From: Candidatus Latescibacterota bacterium
Lineage (GTDB): Bacteria; Latescibacterota; UBA2968; UBA8231
Length of the DNA: 64,000 nt
Direction of reading: 5' to 3'
Assembly (NCBI GenBank): GCA_965208105.1
Contig: OZ242318.1
Coordinates: 2,496,001-2,560,000 of the forward strand
Shown: positions 52,396 through 60,086 of the stretch, piece by piece
How positions within the stretch are numbered: position 1 is the first letter of the stretch
Layout: each line of letters begins with the position of its first letter
Program-made: the position numbers and the translations under genes
The notes under the pieces: generated by a model
Database searches by the model: none
The model's input: the letters and a program-made list of their open reading frames with translations, nothing else
What the model was told of the DNA's origin: nothing

Positions 52396-53154
52396 ATGCC
52401 CGACGAATTGATGACCACCTTTGAAAAACTCTGGGTTGCCCTGCGCGCTGCGTGGTGCGACAATCACGACCTCAATGGCGCATTGGCTTTCAGCCATGAC
52501 CGCGCAGCGATGGACTTCTTTCATCGCATTGTGCAGGTGAGCGTGGACGACGCCCAAGTAGACAGGATGATTGACGATGCGATTCGCCTGTTTCAAGAGC
52601 AAAAATACGATTGCATGTTCACCCTTTCGCCGCTAGACCGTCCCACTGATCTTGGCGAGCGGTTGGAGAGGCGCGGTTTCACAGAGGGTATGTTGGCATC
52701 GGCGATGGTCTATGATCCGCCCACGACACCGCCCCCTGTCCAAACTGTCGCAGAAATCGATGTCTCACCCGATGCGGAATATGACCTTTGGGCGGAGGTC
52801 ATGTGTCGTGGATTCGGTCATGACCAAACGATGGGAGAGGTCGGACGCGATGTGCTGATCGTGCCCGAAGTGCGCCGCTATCTAGCGCGTGTGGACGGTG
52901 CGGCGGCGGGCACAACGCTGGTCTACTCACAATTCGGTATGGGCTACGTTGATCATGTCGCAACACTACCAGAACATCGCCGCAAAGGGATTGCCTCTGC
53001 CATGGTTGCACGAGCGGTTGCGGATTCACAGGCGATGGGCAACCGCTGGACGACGCTGGAGACGACAACGGGCAGCAACGCCGAGCAGATATACCAGCGA
53101 CAAGGCTTCCGCATTGCCTATCATCGAAGGCGCTACATCATGCCTCATGGGTAA
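52396..53154 (+). CDS. GNAT N-acetyltransferase
   Basis: VATLPEHRRKGIAS, IYQRQGF; AGGAGG RBS. Confidence 0.85.
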   Translation: MPDELMTTFEKLWVALRAAWCDNHDLNGALAFSHDRAAMDFFHRIVQVSVDDAQVDRMIDDAIRLFQEQKYDCMFTLSPLDRPTDLGERLERRGFTEGMLASAMVYDPPTTPPPVQTVAEIDVSPDAEYDLWAEVMCRGFGHDQTMGEVGRDVLIVPEVRRYLARVDGAAAGTTLVYSQFGMGYVDHVATLPEHRRKGIASAMVARAVADSQAMGNRWTTLETTTGSNAEQIYQRQGFRIAYHRRRYIMPHG

Positions 53155-53222
53155 GGGTAAGGTAGAATCCTTAGCAAAGAAGGTCTATCAAGCAATATTT
53201 CGACAAAAAAGGAGTTCATAAC

Positions 53223-53919
53223 ATGGCACTGCAAGCGTGGATACGCATCGGTCAACCCCTTGAGCCGGTGATGGACGATTACGAACGGATCTTTGATGCT
53301 TGGGAAGCCGGTGGAATCAAAGGCTTTGTTTTTGGTCGCACACTTTTTGCGGATACGCAGGGTCAATTTACTATTCCCGCTTTCCCTTCCAACCCGCAAG
53401 CCTATCGCAATCGCGGGTTAGAACCGAATGTCCGAGACACAGAAACCGATTCCGCCAAAGAGAGAATGCTCCATGCGATGCTTGATAACGCCAAGTCACG
53501 CGGTTGGGAGATTTTCATTTTTGCCCCCGGCAGCGGGGCAACGGGTGCGAAATCACTTCCACTAAAGGAAGATCCCTACGGTGCAGTTGCTATGGCAGCA
53601 GTTTGGGATGAGACATTCGGCAGCTTCCCACAAGTCGATGGTGGTATCATGGATGGTTGGACAGAGTCCGCTTATGAACTGGTATGGCATCACGGCAATG
53701 CCGTATTTGCGGATATACCTGAATCGACCAAAGCCCAAGCTGCTGTCAGAGGGTACGATCCAGATAGGCTTGAACGCGGCAGGCGACATCTCCATGAGCG
53801 TTTTCGTAGTTTAACCCCCGCTGAAGTCCGCTATTATGGCACCTACGGCGTACTGTCGGAGATGAATCTCTTTGATATCAACGAGGCTGCAGTTTACTGG
53901 CTGCGTTGGCGACGGGAGG
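53223..53919 (+). pseudogene. Hypothetical protein, 3'-truncated by copy 11
   Basis: AGGAG RBS; the stop codon is supplied by the repeat. Confidence 0.6.
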
Positions 53920-54653
53920 GATGAGGCCCTTCAGGACGCACTTCTCCCTACGGCTCTCGGCGCAGGGAGCGAATCGCGGATGAGATCAGGCGGCGAACTC
54001 GAACTGCGGCTGCGGCGGGGCCCTCGGCGGAGGCACCGCCGGCAGCCCTACCCCCTCCAGATAGGTCCGGATCGAGGCCGGATCGGTCAGGGCGGCGACG
54101 ATCCTCAGGCGCCCGCCACAGGTCGCGCATGCGCTGAGGTCGGAGGAAAACACCCGCGCCAGCAGGGCCGCCCACCCCAGGCGGTGGGTGCAGGGCGGAG
54201 CGCTCGTATCGCCGTCCGCCGCCGGCTCGGCAACCGGCTTGGCCGGCACGATGCGGCCGCGGTCGCGGGCACGGGGGGCCAGGACCCCGTGGTAGCGCAG
54301 GAGATGGAGCCGGGGCGGGGGGACCAGAGCCGCCAGCACGGGCTCCTCGGCGGCGAGCGGATCGGCTTGAGTGTCGTCGAGCAGGCCGTGTCGGCTACAC
54401 AGGCGGATGATGCGGCGCGCACTCGTCTCCACGATCTGCCGCACCGCTTGGTCCGACAACGGCGGGGCCGCTACGAAAACCGGAGCTTCATCCCCATCGG
54501 CGTAGACCCCGTCGAGCATGAGCACGTGTACGTGGGGATTGAGGTTCAACGAGGAACCGAATCTTTGGACGAAGGTTACCGAGCCCCAACGTGCGCGGTC
54601 ATGACCCATGGCCTGCGCCTGACGTCGATACCAGCGACCCACCACGCGGAGAA
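53920..54653 (-). mobile_element. ISCR-like copy 11 (no ori; longest transposase piece, with HUH motif and in-frame deletion of the Tyr region)
   Basis: QRFGSSLNLNPHVHVLMLDGVY ... LAALVPPPRLHLLRYHG ... FEFAA*. Confidence 0.92.
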
Positions 54654-54728
54654 TAAACCGAACTGGACAATTCAAGCACCACCGGGAATTAGGTCAAAAC
54701 TTCGGGGGATAAATCAAGTAAATCCCAG

Positions 54729-54946
54729 CTACAACTTTTCCCAATCTGACCGACTGACCTCGGCCTGCTGCAAAATCTTGTTCAAAAGACCACGCCCAAC
54801 GTCACCACGATGTGGGTTGGGCAAGACCAGACGTATTGTTTCTCGGATCATATAGTGATGATTGCCCCAGGATACGGGCCTTCAAATCCCAATTGCTTCA
54901 AGTATCGAATTAGGTCGCGGCGACTGATCGGCCCAAATTTGGGCAT
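54729..54946 (-). pseudogene. hicA: HicA toxin with a 1-nt frameshift
   Basis: MPKFGPISRRDLIRYLKQLGFEGPYPG / GNHHYM...LPNPHRGDVGRGLLNKILQQA; the G-run near 54865 is one base short. Confidence 0.75.
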
Positions 54947-55188
54947 CACACAGGCTCCGATACGCGATCCAGGCGCAACCCATCCACCTCCGGAAGCCGG
55001 TGGTCCATTCTCAATCCGAGGATGATCCAGCCCTCAAGCACGGATTGCAATTCTTCCCTGCACTTTTCCAATGTATCCGCATTTGCATACACGCCTTGAA
55101 ATCCTGCGATTTCTCCATAGAACGATTGATCTTCGAGGATCTCGTATCTCGCGTGCTTCATAGCCGCTTGGATATATGCGGTCAACAT
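54946..55188 (-). CDS. hicB: HicB-family antitoxin
   Basis: MLTAYIQAAM...GVYANADTLEKCREELQSVLEGW; stop overlaps the hicA start. Confidence 0.85.
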   Translation of the reverse strand: MLTAYIQAAMKHARYEILEDQSFYGEIAGFQGVYANADTLEKCREELQSVLEGWIILGLRMDHRLPEVDGLRLDRVSEPV

Positions 55189-55269
55189 ATAATGCTCACT
55201 TTCATTTGATTTGCACTATAGCCTCTCGCGCGGGAGTGATTCGCCCCACCTCGAACACCAACAGCGCAA

Positions 55270-56121
55270 CTACCCGCGCGCGGGCTCGCTCATCTTCTCC
55301 TTCGCCCGGCGCACGAGTTCGGCGAGATGGGAATCGTTGGCCATCACCTGTTCCAGGTGTATCCGCCGTTCGGCCGTCGCGGTGCGCACCATTATCTCGC
55401 CGTATTTGCGCTCTGTCCAGAAGCGAGCCGCTCCGCCGATGTAGTCCCGGAGGGCGTCCAGCTTTTCTTCGGGATAACGCTGGCAGAGGTTCATGGTGAA
55501 CATCCGCCGCCTCCTGCCGCCGCCGAAGGCCGCGTGCTTGGCATTGTGGTTGAACACCACCAGGTCGCCGGGCGTGGTCTCGAGAACCACCGCCGGCACG
55601 TCTTCGCCGCTCGTGTCCCACTTGGTCTCGCTTTCCCTAACATGCGCGCTCAGCGAGTCCGCGTAGCTGTCGCCGATGAGATGGCTTCCGGGAATCAGCC
55701 GCAGGGCGCCGGTATGGCGCGTGAGCGGATCGAGATAGAAGGCGATCTTGACGTGCATCGGGTCTTCCGGTTCATGCCTGCCATCGGAGTGCCAGTGCGT
55801 ATCTCCGACGTAGAAGTTGCCGTCGCTTCCCATATAGTTGAAATCGTCGCCCAGCAGGGCCCTGGCAATCCCCAGGATTCGCGGGTCGTCCAGCAGGGAG
55901 GACAGCTCCTCGCTCTGGTCGATGAAGGGTACCAGACACGAATGCGCCGCCCCTTCGTGGGGCTTGCCGTCGTGGCCGCCACCGTGCTCCACCCAGACCC
56001 TTTCAAAGGCTTGCTGGATCGCCTCGATGCGGTCCGCCATCAACCGGGGGAAGAGGAGGTAACCGAAGGTCCTGAAAAAGGAGATCTCCTCCTGGGTGAG
56101 CAAAGGGTGCTGCTGATTCAT
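55270..56121 (-). CDS. PhyH-family dioxygenase
   Basis: WHSD, GALRLIPGSH, HAAFGG. Confidence 0.85.
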   Translation of the reverse strand: MNQQHPLLTQEEISFFRTFGYLLFPRLMADRIEAIQQAFERVWVEHGGGHDGKPHEGAAHSCLVPFIDQSEELSSLLDDPRILGIARALLGDDFNYMGSDGNFYVGDTHWHSDGRHEPEDPMHVKIAFYLDPLTRHTGALRLIPGSHLIGDSYADSLSAHVRESETKWDTSGEDVPAVVLETTPGDLVVFNHNAKHAAFGGGRRRRMFTMNLCQRYPEEKLDALRDYIGGAARFWTERKYGEIMVRTATAERRIHLEQVMANDSHLAELVRRAKEKMSEPARG

Positions 56122-56222
56122 CGAACAAATCTTCCAGGTTTACGGGATGAGCTCTGAGGATTCCGTTTTCCCCGGTTATCCGCCGACCCTGAAACTGCCT
56201 GAACCTTCATCCTTTGCTCCGG

Positions 56223-58091
56223 TCAGCGCAGGAATACCATCTTGCGCGTCAGCGCCAGGGCTCCGGCCTCCAGGCGGTAGAGATAGACCCCGCTGGCGAC
56301 CACATGGCCGCCCTGGTCGCGGCCATCCCAGACCACATTGCGGCGCCCCGAGGCCACCAGTCCGTCGACGAGAGTGCGGACCCTCTGTCCCTGCAGGTTG
56401 TAGACGTGGAGGGCGGCGTGGGCGGAGCGCGGGGCGACGAAGGACAGGACCGTGCCCTGGTTGAAGGGGTTGGGAAAGTTCTGCGACAGCGCCCAGTTCT
56501 CCGGGACGGCTGCCGCGGTGCCGGCGGTTTCCACCTCGGTGAGGCGGCGGATGGTCTCGGGGGGTCCGGAGGTGTGGAGCCGTTCGATGGCGGCAGCGGC
56601 GGGTTGGCCGGCCGGCAGCGGGAAGGGGCGATCGCCGTCGGCAAAGGGGCGGGAGCGGACTTCGCGGCCGTCCGACAGGGTGACAATCAGCTCCCATTGC
56701 TCCAGCGGGGTGTCCTGCGAGCCGCCGCAGTCCCAGCGGGCGCCGGCGAAGCGGATGTTGCCGACCTGGGGCAGGTCGGGGTTGTAGGCGAACATGGGGT
56801 CGACGGTCATCTCGTCGGCCGAGAGGGTGGTGTAGAGCCGGGTGAGATAGGGCTTCTCGGCAAAGAGCTGCTCCACCTCTTCCAGCGGCTCGACGACGAT
56901 GTCATCCAGGTCGGCGGCGAAGGCTCCGGGATTGAAGGCGAGGTCGGCGGTCCAGCGGTCGTAGGCGCGCATATTGTTGTAGAAGGAGCGCTCGGCCAGG
57001 TCCTGGAGCCGGCCTTCATTCCGCGCCTGGTCATAGGCCTGGCGGTCTCCGCCGAACACAACTTCGAGCACCCCCTCCTCCAGCACCGCGGCCGGCATCG
57101 GGATGTGGCGGCGGACCAGGGTCTGCATCTGGGCATCGCGCGGAAAGCCCTGGCCCAGGGCGGCGTCGAGGAAGTCGGCCGGATGCGCCTGCCGACGCAG
57201 TTGCTCCAGATCGAACCTCCAGAAGAAAAAGTCCTTGACGATGCTGCTGGGGCCGGCATAGTCGGTGACGAAGGCCTGGCCGCCGGCCTCGTTGGCGGCG
57301 GCGGTGACTACCTCCGGATAGTTGAAGCCGCCGCTGAACCAGTCGATGAGGGCCTCGTTGATCTGCACGTGAAGGTAGTTCTCGGGGATGGCGCGCTGCT
57401 CTGCGAGAATCCAGGCGAGGACTCCCAGGTCGGGCACGGTGGCCACGGCGGTAAGGCGGATGGGAATGCCCGGGGTCTCTGCCGCGTAGGTCATGGCGAT
57501 GGGCTGCAGGTCGCCGACTTCACGGTCGGCGGCGAGCTTGAGGGCCAGAAAGTAGAAGCCTCCCTCGACGTAGGGGGCCAGCAGCGGAACGCCCAGGTCG
57601 CCGAGCTGGTATTCGTTGTCGACGAGCCAGTCGACGATGGCCTGGGGATCCTCGGAGGTGATGACCGCGGTGTCGTAGGGGCCGATCTGTTCCTGGGCTA
57701 CTACCTCGACGCCGGCTGACTCTACGGTTACGGCAACATCAGACCGGAGGATAATCGGCCGGAAGACGCAGTCGTCCTGCTCCTCGAAGTCCAGTTGGAA
57801 GCCGGGCCGGGTGGCGAACTGCAGGTTGGTGAAAATCTGGTTGTGGCTGACGGCCAGCTCCGGCACCGAGGGCAGGGGCAGGATCCAGGCGAAGTCCGAG
57901 GCCGTGCCGCTGTAAAGAAGCTGAACGTGGGTGGTAACCGTGCCCTCTCCCTGGACGAAGAGAATGTTCTCGGCCACCTGGTTCATGGGGAAGGTGGTGC
58001 AGAAGAAGCCGCCGCAGGCGCGGGAGGCCGGAACGCTGAATACAAAGGAGAGGAAGGCAGCGAGCAGCACTCTGGAGATCATTGCGTTCAT
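56223..58091 (-). CDS. Secreted DUF2330 protein with FlgD Ig-like C-terminal domain
   Basis: ACGGFFC after signal peptide, FAWILPLP; QNFPNPFN...SGVYLYRL. Confidence 0.8.
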   Translation of the reverse strand: MNAMISRVLLAAFLSFVFSVPASRACGGFFCTTFPMNQVAENILFVQGEGTVTTHVQLLYSGTASDFAWILPLPSVPELAVSHNQIFTNLQFATRPGFQLDFEEQDDCVFRPIILRSDVAVTVESAGVEVVAQEQIGPYDTAVITSEDPQAIVDWLVDNEYQLGDLGVPLLAPYVEGGFYFLALKLAADREVGDLQPIAMTYAAETPGIPIRLTAVATVPDLGVLAWILAEQRAIPENYLHVQINEALIDWFSGGFNYPEVVTAAANEAGGQAFVTDYAGPSSIVKDFFFWRFDLEQLRRQAHPADFLDAALGQGFPRDAQMQTLVRRHIPMPAAVLEEGVLEVVFGGDRQAYDQARNEGRLQDLAERSFYNNMRAYDRWTADLAFNPGAFAADLDDIVVEPLEEVEQLFAEKPYLTRLYTTLSADEMTVDPMFAYNPDLPQVGNIRFAGARWDCGGSQDTPLEQWELIVTLSDGREVRSRPFADGDRPFPLPAGQPAAAAIERLHTSGPPETIRRLTEVETAGTAAAVPENWALSQNFPNPFNQGTVLSFVAPRSAHAALHVYNLQGQRVRTLVDGLVASGRRNVVWDGRDQGGHVVASGVYLYRLEAGALALTRKMVFLR

Positions 58092-58900
58092 CCTTCGTTG
58101 GCGGTGCCGGGCTGGTACTCGATGCGGCGCAGGAAGCGCTCGCCGATATCGTAGTCCGGCTGGCCGGAGACGAAGCGCCACAGCCGCACCCGCTGCATGA
58201 CCTCGTAGCGGTGCTCGTTGCCCTCCCAGCCGTGGTTGGTCATCAGGATGCCCCCGATCTCCGGGTCGTCCAGGTCCGCGGTGTCGAAGTTGCGGATCTG
58301 GGGCCGGGTCGGATTGAGCCGCAGCTTGTACATGAAGCGGTCCTCGCCGGTGTAGTTGCTTCGCGCCCCGTGCCATACCCGGGTGTTCCACACGTAGATG
58401 GTTCCTCCCGGACAGGTCGCCCAGATCTTGCCGCGCATGTGGTGATAGATGGCGATCTCCCCGGTGCGCACGTTGCGGAACTGGGTCCCCGGAACCAGGA
58501 AGGTGCCGCCCATCTCGTCCGTGGTGTCCGCCGGAAACAGCGACAACTGGATGTCGAAGTAGTTCTCGCGAAAGTCGATGACCGAGTCCTGGTGCATGTT
58601 GGGGCCCTTGGTCTGCTCGGCCAGGGTCAGGTGCGGAAAGTGGTGGTCGTAGAGGGGCTCGGGGCCGACCAGGGAGTGGATGAGGCTCCGAACCCGGGGC
58701 AGGCGGAAGGCATCACCAAGAGCGGTGCCCTTGGGCCAGGTCTCCTCGAAAGGCGTGCCCACCGCGAGGTATCCGCGATTGTGCTGCATCTCCTCGAGGC
58801 AGGCCCGGCACAGGTCTACCGGCACCATCTCCTCGAACTTCAGGTAGCCGGAGGCGACGAACCGCGCCATCTGCTTCGAGCTCAGAAGATGTTCGCTCAT
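58088..58900 (-). CDS. PhyH-family dioxygenase
   Basis: MHQD, GGTFLVPGT, VWHG. Confidence 0.8.
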   Translation of the reverse strand: MSEHLLSSKQMARFVASGYLKFEEMVPVDLCRACLEEMQHNRGYLAVGTPFEETWPKGTALGDAFRLPRVRSLIHSLVGPEPLYDHHFPHLTLAEQTKGPNMHQDSVIDFRENYFDIQLSLFPADTTDEMGGTFLVPGTQFRNVRTGEIAIYHHMRGKIWATCPGGTIYVWNTRVWHGARSNYTGEDRFMYKLRLNPTRPQIRNFDTADLDDPEIGGILMTNHGWEGNEHRYEVMQRVRLWRFVSGQPDYDIGERFLRRIEYQPGTANEG

Positions 58901-59196
58901 CGCCCGGCTTCCTCCTCTTTCTGCAGCTCGTTGAATTTCGCCAGGACGGTCTGGTAGGGCAGCGGACCCAGCTCGTATCCTTCCCCGGGCGAGCGGTGCT
59001 TGAGCTCCGACATCTGGATGACCTGCCAGCCGTCGCGCATGGCGGCCATGGCGTCCTGGTATGGTGGTTCACTCTCCTCGACCAGGTCGTCGATGCCGGC
59101 ACCTCTGGAGGCCTCGTAGCGGGCCCAGGCGACGACCTGGGCGTCGAGCGCCGGGGTGGTCTGGAAGAATACAAGGATGTCCTGCACGAGGGGCAT
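58897..59196 (-). CDS. Small hypothetical protein coupled to PhyH
   Basis: ATGA overlap; PPYQDAMAAMRDGWQVIQ. Confidence 0.6.
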   Translation of the reverse strand: MPLVQDILVFFQTTPALDAQVVAWARYEASRGAGIDDLVEESEPPYQDAMAAMRDGWQVIQMSELKHRSPGEGYELGPLPYQTVLAKFNELQKEEEAGR

Positions 59197-59312
59197 TGAA
59201 ACGCCTTCCTGCAAAGAGAGTCGAAAATTCAGGGGAGGTCGACAGCAGTACTGCGGTCGACTGAAAAACAATAATTGGGGCAGGGATGACGGTCAAGTGG
59301 AGGCCGCTGCAG

Positions 59313-60017
59313 TCAGGGCGGTCTGAACGGGATTCTTCCCTCCACCCTTATTCCTCCCACGCCCACCCGGGCGCGGCAGGCGATCACCTCTACCCCCGCG
59401 GCGACCGCCCTGGCCAGCTCGGCGGCGTAGTTGGGGTCGATGTCGGCGGCGGCTTCCATGCTGGTGCAGTCGCCCCGGTTGACCAAGAAGAACATCACCG
59501 CGCGCTGCCCTCCCCGGACCACCGACCGGAGCTCGACGAGGTGTTTCGCGCCCCGGGCGGTCACCGCATCGGGGAACAGGGCAACATCGCCGCGGGCAAG
59601 GGTCACGTTCTTGACCTCGACGTAACACCGTTCGGGGTCTTCCAGGCACAGATCGATCCGGCTGTTGCGGCCGTAGAGCACCTCCCGGCGGACGCTGCGG
59701 TAGCCTGCCAATTCCTCCACCCGGCCCCTGGCCACGGCTTCCTCGACCACGAGGTTGGGCATCATCGTGTTGACCCCCACCCACCAACGCCCCACCCGCA
59801 CCAGCTCCCAGGTGTGGCTCAGTTTGCGCTTCTTGTTCGGGCTCTCCGAAATCAGCACTTCCGATCCCGGGTCATCGCACCCCAGCATGGAGCCGGAATT
59901 GGGGCAGTGTACGGTCTGGATTTCGCCGCTTTCCACGCGCACGTCAGCGAGGAAACGCTTGTATCTACGCAGTAGCCGGGCGCGGCTGGTCTGACCCTGA
60001 AACCTCACCATGGACAC
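59313..60017 (-). CDS. sfsA: DNA/RNA nuclease SfsA
   Basis: RYKRFLADV, HCPNSGSM, YVEVKNVT, FPDAVTARGAKHL. Confidence 0.95.
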   Translation of the reverse strand: MSMVRFQGQTSRARLLRRYKRFLADVRVESGEIQTVHCPNSGSMLGCDDPGSEVLISESPNKKRKLSHTWELVRVGRWWVGVNTMMPNLVVEEAVARGRVEELAGYRSVRREVLYGRNSRIDLCLEDPERCYVEVKNVTLARGDVALFPDAVTARGAKHLVELRSVVRGGQRAVMFFLVNRGDCTSMEAAADIDPNYAAELARAVAAGVEVIACRARVGVGGIRVEGRIPFRPP

Positions 60018-60086
60018 CTTCCCAAGGCTGATCGGCCCGCTTCACCAGGTGATTTTTTTCGCGCTGACAATTGCCTCCACCACTTT

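Noticed and set aside
2627-54653. Recurrent repeat read as a CRISPR array or attC cassette array
   Set aside because: Units are 180-730 bp, kilobases apart, and contain transposase coding sequence. No cas or intI gene is present and there are no GTTRRRY cores.
56214-57719. Long antisense or alternate-frame ORFs (also 878-1972, 6431-7693, 48032-49267, 60975-62297)
   Set aside because: Shadow ORFs of recognisable genes in high-GC DNA, with no motifs.
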